From NCBI GenBank assembly GCA_963663275.1, contig OY760183.1, forward strand, positions 1,984,001 through 2,048,000: a stretch of 64,000 nt of DNA, read 5' to 3'. Positions 38,899 through 48,291 of this stretch are shown piece after piece (the first letter of the stretch is position 1; each line of letters opens with the position of its first letter). Under the pieces are notes generated by a model. That model saw only the letters and a list, made by a program, of their open reading frames with translations. It made no database searches and was not told the origin of the DNA. Position numbers and translations under genes: made by a program. The stretch is from Chloroflexota bacterium. GTDB taxonomy: Bacteria > Chloroflexota > UBA11872 > VXOZ01.

Positions 38899-39726
38899 CT
38901 AATTGGGCGCGATTCCCTGCTCCGCCAGGATAGCTTGCAGTCCGGCAAAGGACTCGCGGCTCCCTTGCTCAGCCGAGCCGTTCTCCGGTTTATAGTGAGT
39001 CTCCAGCGAGACCACACCCGCATACTCGTCATCCGCCAGCGCCTTCATTTGTCCGGCGTAGTCCACCTTGCCCGCGCCGATTGGTTTCCACACCGACTCG
39101 CCCGCGGGACTGAGCACCGCGTCTTTGACGTGCACGTGCACGATCCAGGGCTTCACTGCTTCGTAGCCGTCCGGATAGGGGCGCGTCTCGCCGGAGACGT
39201 AGGCGTTTCCCGGATCCCATATCACGCGCAGATTCGGCGAGTCGATGGTCTCCATCAGGCGGGCGGTTTCCTCGCCCGTGCCGATGTTGCACGAGCGCAC
39301 GTTCTCGAACGCCAGCGTCACCCCGGCGGACTCCGCCATGCGCACCGGCAACTCCAGGCGTTCGAGAATGGTATCCCAGTGGGCTTCCAGGTCGTCCTCC
39401 CGCCAGAACGAGAAGCAGCGCACGAGTTCGCAATCGAAGAGCGGCGCAATCTGAATTGAACGCTCCAGTATCTTGACGTGTTCGTTGTAGGCGTCCAAGT
39501 CGTCGATGGGACACCGCAGGAAGAGCGAGGCAATGTCGCACACGGCAAACCCCCGCCGCCGCACCATGTGCAAAGCCTGGGTCAATTCGTGGCTGTCCAG
39601 GTCGCAGATGTTCTTGTCCCACACGTTGTGCAGTTCGACGGTGCGCACGCCAAACTCCTCGATCACGTCCAGCGCGTGCGCAAGGTCCTGAGAGATCTCG
39701 TCGGTCATAACGCCAAGTGTGAACAT
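38899..39726 (-). CDS. Sugar phosphate isomerase/epimerase (TIM barrel)
   Basis: GVMTDEISQD, LAFEN, WDPGN, HVHVKD, SLETH. Confidence 0.9.
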   Translation of the reverse strand: MFTLGVMTDEISQDLAHALDVIEEFGVRTVELHNVWDKNICDLDSHELTQALHMVRRRGFAVCDIASLFLRCPIDDLDAYNEHVKILERSIQIAPLFDCELVRCFSFWREDDLEAHWDTILERLELPVRMAESAGVTLAFENVRSCNIGTGEETARLMETIDSPNLRVIWDPGNAYVSGETRPYPDGYEAVKPWIVHVHVKDAVLSPAGESVWKPIGAGKVDYAGQMKALADDEYAGVVSLETHYKPENGSAEQGSRESFAGLQAILAEQGIAPN

Positions 39727-39775
39727 AGCCTACCTCGTGCTACTGCCGTCTTCGCGTATCTCATTGCGGTAGATT

Positions 39776-41050
39776 CTATCCCGAATAGAGCAAATCCAGA
39801 AGCGCAACGCTCGTGTCCACCAGGCGTCCGGCGCTGGTGGGGGCGACGGCGGCGGGGAGGTTGTAGTGGAAGTGGGCGCTATCGACCTCGTAGCCGCCTT
39901 CGGCGTAGGCGGCGGCGGTGGGGATGTAGCCCACGTCGCCGTTGGTGTAGCCCAGGTACATGGTGTGGCCGAAGGGCGAGCGTTCCTGCACCGCTTGGGC
40001 GAGTTCGATGAAGACCTCGCCGGCGCCGCCGACCAGGGCCACGTCGCCGACGCGGAGCGCCTGTACCTCGAACTCAACCCGGCCGTCGTTTGTCACCGGC
40101 GGCGTCCAGTAGCGCAGGGCCGGGGTGCGTCCGCTCAGGGAGTCAGGCGGTTCGTTCGGGGTGTGCAGGTCGAGGGCGAGCGTCTCGTTTGCCGCGCCGA
40201 GCGTAGGGGCGAGTGGTTCCACCGCGCCGAATGCCGCGTGCAGTCCATTGAGCGAATACACTTCCAATGCCGCCGCGCCCAGCGCGCTGCCCACGCCCCA
40301 CAGGCGCTCCCGCATGTCGATCTCGGCGCGTTGGCCGATGGGGTTGATGTTGCCGCACGCGCCCTGGAGAAAGAGCATGGTCGCGCCGCTGGCAGCCTCG
40401 AAGAGGCCGCGCGCCACGCCCACGAAGTCGGACGAAACGGCCAGGCTGGGCGGTTGAATCACCACCGGATGGCAGGCGTAGTGGACCAGGGCGGCCAGCG
40501 GTTCGCCCGCGGCGGTATCCACGCGCAGCGCCTGCACGGTCCTATCGATCGCGCCGGCCGCGTTTTCGCCCATGCCCGCCCAGCCGGCCTGGCTGAGGAG
40601 GCGACGATTGACGTTGACGGCCGCGCTGCCCGCGCCGTGGGTGATTTGGCAGGCTTCCAGGTCTTGCTGCGCCATCTCGACCGTACCGGCAATCGTGTGA
40701 ATGAGCGTCGTGCTGTAGGCCCGTTCGTGAGCGTGCATGTCGTCGTGGATGCTCGTGAACGGTCCGGAATGCGTGTGGGAGGTGTTGATGAGGACGTGCG
40801 CGCCGGGGATGCCGGTACGTTCCGTGATCAAGGCGCGCAGTGCGGCCACTTGCTGCGTTGGCAGACCGCAGACGTCGCAGGTGACGATCGCGACGGCGGT
40901 CTCATCGTTGGCGAGCACGAGCGTGGTGGCGTAGAGGTCGTCGAGCACCGCGTCGCAGCCGCGCTCACGCCCGGCAAAGCCGCACAGCCACGTGCCCAGC
41001 GGCGGGGTAATCGTCGCGCGCCCAACTCCGGCCCGCAGCACGTCAGCCAT
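39776..41050 (-). CDS. Neutral/alkaline ceramidase N-terminal-domain family hydrolase
   Basis: ITPPLG, SHTHSGP, VNRR, HYACHPV, QGACGNINP, GYIPT...GGYE. Confidence 0.85.
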   Translation of the reverse strand: MADVLRAGVGRATITPPLGTWLCGFAGRERGCDAVLDDLYATTLVLANDETAVAIVTCDVCGLPTQQVAALRALITERTGIPGAHVLINTSHTHSGPFTSIHDDMHAHERAYSTTLIHTIAGTVEMAQQDLEACQITHGAGSAAVNVNRRLLSQAGWAGMGENAAGAIDRTVQALRVDTAAGEPLAALVHYACHPVVIQPPSLAVSSDFVGVARGLFEAASGATMLFLQGACGNINPIGQRAEIDMRERLWGVGSALGAAALEVYSLNGLHAAFGAVEPLAPTLGAANETLALDLHTPNEPPDSLSGRTPALRYWTPPVTNDGRVEFEVQALRVGDVALVGGAGEVFIELAQAVQERSPFGHTMYLGYTNGDVGYIPTAAAYAEGGYEVDSAHFHYNLPAAVAPTSAGRLVDTSVALLDLLYSG

Positions 41051-41245
41051 CAGCACACCCCTTTCTCCGCCAACGCGGCCGTTTCAAACACACCAATGGT
41101 TCAGACGGTTCTTGTCCCGTGCAGGTAGACCAGCCCCAAGAGCCTCACCGCGTGGGTTACGGCACATTATAGCGAAAGCGACCGGTGTGCGTTCCTTGCG
41201 GTTGCGCGTCCTGGCGTATCCGCATTCGCACGTCCCAAACGAAAC

Positions 41246-41271
41246 GCGGCAGGCGCGCCCACGCCTGCCGC
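41246..41271 (-). terminator. Intrinsic terminator-like hairpin after the Cache gene
   Basis: GCGGCAGGCG/CGCCTGCCGC stem followed by GTTTCGTTT on the minus strand. Confidence 0.6.
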
Positions 41272-41328
41272 ATTGCTCTTTTCAATTCTCCGCCTACGGC
41301 GCCGCTTGATTGCGCGCCAACGTGAGGG

Positions 41329-42993
41329 CTATTCCTCCTTGACCTCCTCGTACCAGCCGGAGCCGAAGTACAGGCCGTTGTGCTTGCGGAGCCAGGTGTG
41401 CTTCAGCATCTCCTTCTCCGTTTCCGGATTCAGGAAGACGTAGTCGATCCACGTGCCTTCCGCGGTGGCCTTCAGGAAGTCGGCGCCGTAGTCGTAGCCC
41501 CGCGCGTCGATGCGCATCTCGCGGGTGCGTCCAATGTGCTCCGGATTGTAGTGCCCGATGGTGACCTGGTTCTCGTCCAGGACGAAGACGTACCACTGGC
41601 CTTCCACGCTCTCGGGCGAGTTGAAGTACTCGAGCGTGGCCTCCAGGCCCTGGGCATCGTACCGCTGGATGGCGCGGTGCACCACGAACTGGGTATAGGT
41701 GGCGTCGTCCACGTCCACGTCGCGTTCGTACCAGCCGGAGGCGAAGATGTAGCCGTCGTGCTTGATAGCCCAGGTGTGCTTCTGGTCCTCGTAGCCGGTC
41801 TGTGGGTTCGTGAAGAAGTAGCTTACCCACTTGCCTTCTTCATCGGCGGTGACGAGGTCGTAGCCGTAGGCGTAGCCGGTGATGTCGAGGCGCGTCTTGG
41901 ACGAGGTGCCCCTGATTTCAGGCCGGGTGGGATGGATGATGGTGTTCTCGTTCTCGTCGATGATGAAGATGTACCAGTCGTCGTCCACGCTCTCGGGGGT
42001 GTTGTAGTAAGCGAACGCGGCGTCCCGGCCAACGGCGTCGTAGAGCCGGATGGCCTGCTGCACGAACTCCTGGGTATACGCGGCCGGGTCGGACTTGGAC
42101 GGCCCTTCCTCATACCAGCCGGAGCCAAATAATCTACCTTCGTAGCGCAGCACCCACGTGTGCTTCGATTGGAATGCGTCCGCCGCCGAATTGTAATACG
42201 TGTACGAGGTCCAGGCGCCCTCCTCCGTGGCCGCCGCGGCTACCTGCGCCCCGGCCGGATAGCCGCCCGGGCCGAGGATGTCCGCGAACCGCATTCCCAC
42301 GTTTTCCGGCACGGAGGCGTGGGCGAGCATGACGTCGTTCTCGTCACCGATGAAGACGTACCACGGGCCGTCCATGCTCTCAGGCGTGTTGTAGTAAGCG
42401 ACGGTCGCCTCGAGTCCTTCGGCCCGATAGTATTCCAATGCTTGCACCACGAACGCCTGGGTATAGGCGGCGGGGTCGGACTTATCAGGAAGCCCGGGAT
42501 CTCCTTCGGCAATGACTTCGTACCAACCGGAGCCAAATATCCACCCGTCGTGCTTGACGACCCAGGTGTGCTTCGATTGGAATTCACGTCTATCCGGATT
42601 GCGGTGAAGGTAGTCTACCCAGATTCCTGCCTCGGTCGCCGCGGCCAAGGCCTCGCCGTATTTGAAGCCGACGATGTCCACCCGCTCGCGGACATTCGTG
42701 CCCACGATGGCCGGTATGGTGGGGTGGGCGACGAAGGTGTCGTTCTCGTCGATGATGAAGACGTACCATTGGCCGTCCACGCTCTCCGCGGAGTTGTAAT
42801 ACTCGACGGCCGCGTCGCGCCCGTTGGCCTTATAGTAGTCAATTGCCCGGTCAACCAGGTGCTGCGAATACGCTGCCGGCTCGGTGTTGGGATCGGGAAA
42901 GGGCTGTATGACTTGCACACTGCACGAGACGGCAAGCATAAGCGCCGCCAACGCTACAATTGCCCCGATACTTCTGTGTATTCGGGTCTCCAC
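41329..42993 (-). CDS. Lipoprotein with four tandem single-Cache (sCache_2-like) domains
   Basis: LAVSC lipobox; four repeats of WY[V/I]F...[A/I/G]H...W..Y...KHTW...SGWYE. GTG start with GAGGAG SD. Confidence 0.85.
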   Translation of the reverse strand: METRIHRSIGAIVALAALMLAVSCSVQVIQPFPDPNTEPAAYSQHLVDRAIDYYKANGRDAAVEYYNSAESVDGQWYVFIIDENDTFVAHPTIPAIVGTNVRERVDIVGFKYGEALAAATEAGIWVDYLHRNPDRREFQSKHTWVVKHDGWIFGSGWYEVIAEGDPGLPDKSDPAAYTQAFVVQALEYYRAEGLEATVAYYNTPESMDGPWYVFIGDENDVMLAHASVPENVGMRFADILGPGGYPAGAQVAAAATEEGAWTSYTYYNSAADAFQSKHTWVLRYEGRLFGSGWYEEGPSKSDPAAYTQEFVQQAIRLYDAVGRDAAFAYYNTPESVDDDWYIFIIDENENTIIHPTRPEIRGTSSKTRLDITGYAYGYDLVTADEEGKWVSYFFTNPQTGYEDQKHTWAIKHDGYIFASGWYERDVDVDDATYTQFVVHRAIQRYDAQGLEATLEYFNSPESVEGQWYVFVLDENQVTIGHYNPEHIGRTREMRIDARGYDYGADFLKATAEGTWIDYVFLNPETEKEMLKHTWLRKHNGLYFGSGWYEEVKEE

Positions 42994-43213
42994 GAAGACT
43001 CTCCTCTCTGAGGTCACTGGCTGTAACGACGGTGAACCAAACTGTCACTCTTACATTAAGAGTATACCATTTGGCGCACTCTGGTTCCGGCGCTGCCGCC
43101 TCTCCGCCGCAGTTTGCCAATGCGCCGCGCCAGCGCCATTCCACCAGCGTTTCGGACTATCGACACGGAGCGAGTCCCCGCGCGGCAAGTGAACGCCAAC
43201 TGCGGCGCGGCGC

Positions 43214-44941
43214 TTACTCGGTACCCTCGTACCAGCCCGCGCCGATGACGTAGTTGTCCCGCCGCACGACCCAGGTATGCTTGGGCGTGGGCTCTCTGGT
43301 CTGGGGGTGGGTACCGAGGTAGCTTACCCACTCTCCCCCTCCGGTCTCGGTGACGGCCGCAAAGGCTTCGCCGTAGTTGAAATCGTTGGCGTCGATGCGC
43401 TCGCGGGTCGTGCCCACTAAATCGGGGTGGTTGGCGTTCGCGACCGTATAGAGGTCGCCGTCACGGTCTTCGAGGATCCAGACGTACCACGTGCCGTCGA
43501 GGCTCGCCGGGTCGTTGTAGTGGGCGAGCGTGGCCTCAGGTCCCGTGTCGTCGTAGCGCGTCAGGGCGCGCCCAACCAACAGCCGCGCGTACTCGGCCGG
43601 GTCGTCTTTCGTCGGCGCCGCCGTATACCAGCCGCTGACGAAGATGAGATCGTCGGCGCGCACGGCGTAGTAATGCTTCACTTCCTCGCTGGTGTGGAAG
43701 GGGTTCTGCTCATCGACCGTCGGCACGCCGATGACGTCGCGGACGAAGAGTCCTTCTTCAGTCGCCTCAACCAGGTCGCGGGCGTAGAAGTAGCCCGCGT
43801 CGTCGTAGGCTTCCGAGCCGGTCAGCAGGCTATGGCCCACGTAGACCGGGGCCGGATGCGCCAGCATAACGCCGTTTGCCACGTCCATGATGAAGACGTA
43901 CCAGCGGCCGTCTACGCTCGCCATGGAGTTGTGGTAGTCAATTGCCGCATCGCGGCCTTCGGCGCGGTAGCGGGCCACCGCGCGCTCCACCGTTGCTACC
44001 GTATAGTCGATGGGATGGCACTTCGTGGGCAGCAGCGGGTGCGCCGCGGCGTTCTCATACCAGCCGGAACCGATGATCACGTCCCCGCGGCGGACGGCCC
44101 AGGCATGCTTGAGTTCGCAGGCGCCGCTGTTGGGATTGCGGGAGTAGTATGAAATCCAACGGCCCGCCGGGGTGACTTCCAGGAACTGCGGGCCATGCCG
44201 CGTGCCCGCCAAATCGAAGCCGATGGGGCCGAGCAGGCTCTGCCCCACGATTTCCGGCGCAGTCGGGTGAGCGATGATTGTGGCTTCCAGGTCGAGCACG
44301 TAGATGTACCAATCGCCGTCCACGCTCGCGGGGTCGCTGTACTTCTTGATCAGGGCGTCCACGCCGCCCACGTCGTAGGTGTTGACGGCTTCATAGACGA
44401 ACCATTTCGTGAAGCCGGCCGGATCGTCCTCTTTGGTGGGCAGGGGAACCAGGTTTTCGTACCAGCCGGAGGCGAAGATCAACCCGTCGTGGCGCACGTG
44501 CCAGGCGTGCTTCTGGCCCTCGGCCACGGGCCGCTCACCCTCGTAGGTGCGGTAATAGTAGCTGACCCATTGGCCTTCCTCGGTTGTGCTAAGCAAAATC
44601 GGGCCGTAGAGGAAGCCGCGCGGGTCGCGTCGCTGCGCCGACTTCGCGCCAAGGAGCGCCGGGTTCGGGTGGACGACGAGCGCGTCGGCCTCGGCGTCGA
44701 CGATGAAGAGGTACCACTGGCCCACGGCGCTCTCAGGGCTACTGTAGTGCGCGAACGTCGCCTCGCGCCCTTGCTCATCGTACATGGCGATGGCTTCGGC
44801 CACGAATGCCTGGGTGTAGGCGGCGGGATCGCCATCGGGATCGGGGGGAGGTGACTCTACCTGAAGACTGCAAGCGGCAGCGAGCAAGAGCACCGCCGCC
44901 GCGAACATGACTGCAAGACTGCCGCGAATCCGTCCGGACAT
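43214..44941 (-). CDS. Paralogous lipoprotein with four tandem Cache domains
   Basis: LAAAC lipobox; four repeats ending [S/A]GWY; GAGGAGG SD. Confidence 0.85.
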   Translation of the reverse strand: MSGRIRGSLAVMFAAAVLLLAAACSLQVESPPPDPDGDPAAYTQAFVAEAIAMYDEQGREATFAHYSSPESAVGQWYLFIVDAEADALVVHPNPALLGAKSAQRRDPRGFLYGPILLSTTEEGQWVSYYYRTYEGERPVAEGQKHAWHVRHDGLIFASGWYENLVPLPTKEDDPAGFTKWFVYEAVNTYDVGGVDALIKKYSDPASVDGDWYIYVLDLEATIIAHPTAPEIVGQSLLGPIGFDLAGTRHGPQFLEVTPAGRWISYYSRNPNSGACELKHAWAVRRGDVIIGSGWYENAAAHPLLPTKCHPIDYTVATVERAVARYRAEGRDAAIDYHNSMASVDGRWYVFIMDVANGVMLAHPAPVYVGHSLLTGSEAYDDAGYFYARDLVEATEEGLFVRDVIGVPTVDEQNPFHTSEEVKHYYAVRADDLIFVSGWYTAAPTKDDPAEYARLLVGRALTRYDDTGPEATLAHYNDPASLDGTWYVWILEDRDGDLYTVANANHPDLVGTTRERIDANDFNYGEAFAAVTETGGGEWVSYLGTHPQTREPTPKHTWVVRRDNYVIGAGWYEGTE

Positions 44942-45160
44942 GATCTACCCCTCCTCATTGAGGTCGCTGTCGCAGGTGTCGGGCCATGCGAGATACTTCG
45001 CTCTCTTCCAATTCTACTATAGTCGGCAAGGATATTTGCGAGTTCTCGCTCGCGTCAACGTAGAGTAGTTTTGGATGGGCGCACGGGTGCGGGAGCGCGG
45101 TAGCGCGATGCGGGTTCGGCAAGGCGTGTCCGCGCAGCGCCCGGCCTAGAGGATGCCTCC

Positions 45161-45326
45161 CCCGCGCGGAGCTGACAGGGGTAGGCTTCTACATCCGACT
45201 TCTCGTGTCATTCCGAGCGGAGCGCAGCGGAGAGAGGAATCTAAGGCTTTCGCTGCAAAAACGTCGGTTCTAGATTCCTCGCTCCGCTCGGAATGACACT
45301 TGCCTACCCCTGTCAGCCCGCGCGGA
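45161..45326. repeat. Nested palindromic element: family E REP pair inside GCTGACAGGGGTAGGC...GCCTACCCCTGTCAGC inverted repeats
   Basis: The inner GTCATTCCGAGCGGAGCGCAGCGGAGAGAGGAATCT...AGATTCCTCGCTCCGCTCGGAATGAC recurs at about 48118-48211. Confidence 0.8.
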
Positions 45327-45393
45327 GTGAGGCGGCTGCGGGCATTTCACCTGGGACTAAGGGGGGACTCCCGGCAGGCTTGGCGTTGCGCCG

Positions 45394-46602
45394 CTACCAG
45401 CCGGCGATGAAGGACTCGCAATCGATGCCCGCCGGCAGTTCGTTGAAGTAGTAGCGCATGGGGACGGCCTGGAAGGCGGGCTCGAACACGTCCTCGTCGC
45501 TCTGGAGCGCGGCGTCGATGCCCGCGAACCGGCGCCAGAGGGTTGCCGCTTCCGCGGCGGCGAAGCGTGAGGCGAAGTCCGGCCCCCAGTTGAGGGTAAT
45601 GGGATGCGACGACTCGACCCACTTGTGCAAAGCGTCCGGCGGGCCGCGATTGGGATCTTTCAGGATTTGAATCTGCATTGCCGCCTTGGACAGATAGATC
45701 GTGAGCACGGTGCGTCCGTGCGGCCCCGCGCCCGGTTGCAGGGTCTCCAGCGCGTCGCGGTAGCCGGCTTCGTCCTTGGCGATGACGGCGCGGAGCGCGG
45801 CCTCGGTGGCGTCCTGCATACGTTCGCCGCGCGCGGCGAAAGAATGGAATCGCTCACGGGCCCACGGCGCGACGTGCTCCAGAAAGCCGAGTTCCGGGTA
45901 GGTTCCGTAGACGGCGTGGCCGCCGTGGAGCGTGCGCCGCCGCTTGGTGGTGTAGTTGCTGCCGGTGTGGTTGAGAAAGTTGATGTAGACGACGCCGTCG
46001 CCGGCCTTCAATTCCACGGGGATGCCGCCGGTGACCGGCGCGGCGCGGTCTTGGAGCAACTCGGCGTTCTCCTGCGCGGTGTTGCGCCGGCGATGGCTGC
46101 CGGGAATCACCCACAGCACGCTGTCGTCATAGAGCGGCACGTTCCACTGGGTGTATCGCGGGCCGTTTTCCATCAGGTCCGCGGTCAGCGCGTCCAGCGG
46201 AGCCATGTCAACCGGATGGATGTCCCGGTGCCAGCCGGTGCCGCCCGGCCAGTCGCGCACCGGATTGCACATCATCATCATTTCGCTGATGCAGGGCGTG
46301 GGATTGCAGAGGAGTTGGCTAACGATTTCCAGGGTCTCGTCAGCGATCCAGAAGTCCTCCACGACGTTGGCGGTCTCCGCGTCGATGAGGCCCGGGCGCA
46401 TCATCATGACGCGGGGCTGGCGGACTTTCTCGTATTCGCCGCCGGGCGGGTCGTCCGGCCCGCGCTCCCGCGCCCAGTTCGCCTTTTGCCGCTCCAATAT
46501 CGTCTCGCAACCGGCGCGCATGGACTCCAGCTTTTCCGGAGGAATGAGGCCGCGGATGATCAGATACCCTTGATCCATGAATTGATCGCGGTCAACGTTC
46601 AC
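45394..46602 (-). CDS. Phytanoyl-CoA dioxygenase (PhyH)-family Fe(II)/2OG oxygenase
   Basis: QFMDQGY, WHRD, LWVIPGSHRR, LKAGDGV, H.GSN...RRTLH. Confidence 0.88.
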   Translation of the reverse strand: MNVDRDQFMDQGYLIIRGLIPPEKLESMRAGCETILERQKANWARERGPDDPPGGEYEKVRQPRVMMMRPGLIDAETANVVEDFWIADETLEIVSQLLCNPTPCISEMMMMCNPVRDWPGGTGWHRDIHPVDMAPLDALTADLMENGPRYTQWNVPLYDDSVLWVIPGSHRRRNTAQENAELLQDRAAPVTGGIPVELKAGDGVVYINFLNHTGSNYTTKRRRTLHGGHAVYGTYPELGFLEHVAPWARERFHSFAARGERMQDATEAALRAVIAKDEAGYRDALETLQPGAGPHGRTVLTIYLSKAAMQIQILKDPNRGPPDALHKWVESSHPITLNWGPDFASRFAAAEAATLWRRFAGIDAALQSDEDVFEPAFQAVPMRYYFNELPAGIDCESFIAGW

Positions 46603-46799
46603 GATGTGCTCCTCGCGCTGCGGCGCGCCTTTGGGAGACGCGCCCGGTTGGATACGGCAAATCGAGGCAAATCTAACCCAAAGTCAACGGTCTGTCAAAC
46701 GCCTGAAATCATGCGGTGTAGGGGCACGACATGTCGTGCCCCTACACCTGTGTTGCGGGAGGGCGGGCGCGGTATGCGATTGTGCGCGGGAACGTCAAC

Positions 46800-47618
46800 C
46801 TAACCGCGGTCGTAGCGGAATAGGTGCATCTTCCAATCCATGAACGGCATGATGCCGGTGGCATTGAACAGCGCGAGCGCGCGGCGCGCGTTGATCGGCT
46901 CGCCCGCGTGGACGGCGTTGCACTGGAAGAGGTACGTGAGACCGCCGCGTTCCTCTTCCGCCGCGTACTGCTTCAGGTAGCGCAGGTAGTCGGGACGGGA
47001 GAGATCGAACGGGACCCAGCCCGTGCTGGAGAGCACCCCGCCGTAGCTGAACTCGGGCACTTCGTCGCACAGCCGTTCGGCCCGCTTGCCGTAGCGCGAC
47101 GACCCCCCGACGAATACCACGCCGCCCGGCGCCATGAACCGCCGGGCTCCCTTGAGCACTTCGCGGCGGAAGCCGAAGCCGTCGTCGTCTTCCGTGGCGG
47201 GCGGATTGGCAAGCACGAAGTCCACCCGCCTCTCCAGCGAGTCCAGTCGCTGGCGATCATGCCAGTCCACGGGCGTGTATGAGTCGGAGACGAAGAACGA
47301 CGTCTTGTCGGTGACGGCGTTGTTCAAAGCATTCTCGCGGGCGATTGCCACGCTGGTTTCAGAGATCTCGAGGCCGGAAATGTGATGCACGGTGGGGATT
47401 CTGGCCGCTACAATTGCCAGACACCCGGAACCGGTACCCCAGTCCAGCCCAACGCCCTTGAGCCGGCTCTGGTTGCCCACAATCGCGTGAACTGAAATCA
47501 GGCTGGCCGGCGACAAGGCGAACGTTCCCGGGGGATGCAGTATGCGAATATCCCCCAGACCGGACATCATGTGCCCGGGCAAAGACGATTCATTGGCGGT
47601 CCGAAGGGCGGCGTTCAT
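46800..47618 (-). CDS. Class I SAM-dependent methyltransferase (NPP motif, HemK-like)
   Basis: LDWGTGSGCLAI and VLANPP; GGAGGAGG SD. Confidence 0.82.
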   Translation of the reverse strand: MNAALRTANESSLPGHMMSGLGDIRILHPPGTFALSPASLISVHAIVGNQSRLKGVGLDWGTGSGCLAIVAARIPTVHHISGLEISETSVAIARENALNNAVTDKTSFFVSDSYTPVDWHDRQRLDSLERRVDFVLANPPATEDDDGFGFRREVLKGARRFMAPGGVVFVGGSSRYGKRAERLCDEVPEFSYGGVLSSTGWVPFDLSRPDYLRYLKQYAAEEERGGLTYLFQCNAVHAGEPINARRALALFNATGIMPFMDWKMHLFRYDRG

Positions 47619-48291
47619 TGGCCTCCTCCCAGTGCTGCGTGGACACTCTTACGGCGCGGCTTTCCCCTCGCGTCCCCCCTCCCGAAATGTTGGAGTCATG
47701 GTACATCACTTTTGGTAGAAAATCCAGAGTTTTCGGCAAGAAAATCCTCAGAAAATGAGAGCGATGAATCGTTGCCAGCATAGGCGTGCCGCCGTACTTG
47801 GCGCAGGTGGATTGAGGGAGCTATGGCGGTTGGTAGTATGTGCAATGTCCATACCGATTGACAAACCGCCGTTTTCAACGGCTCCGGGTTGGCGGGCAAC
47901 GACGGACTGGCGATGCGCTTCCGATGGGTTCTTGACGGCGTTCGCGCGGCCGGGAGCGCCTGTCTGTACCGATGCCGTCGGAGACCCTAACCTACTTCCG
48001 TCATTCCGGCGAGAGCCGGAATCCGGAACGCCACTACAATACAATATAGTGTAGTGGCAATCCTTGTAAATCCCGTGCCCAACTCTTTCCCTTGCGAAGT
48101 TGCCAGAGGTTTGCAAGTGTCATTCCGAGCGGAGCGCAGCGGAGAGAGGAATCTACGGCATGGCCCTGCGGGACCACCGCTTCTAGATTCCTCGCTCCGC
48201 TCGGAATGACACGTTAAGTCGGAGGTAGAATGGGTACCCTGAAAGCCCTAATGGAAAAAGGAGTTTGGCAATGTCTCCGGCGATGATGCTG

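Noticed and set aside
47620-48250. Short ORFs in the AT-richer intergenic tract (also 55500-56170)
   Set aside because: No motifs, interrupted by REPs, and non-coding-like composition.
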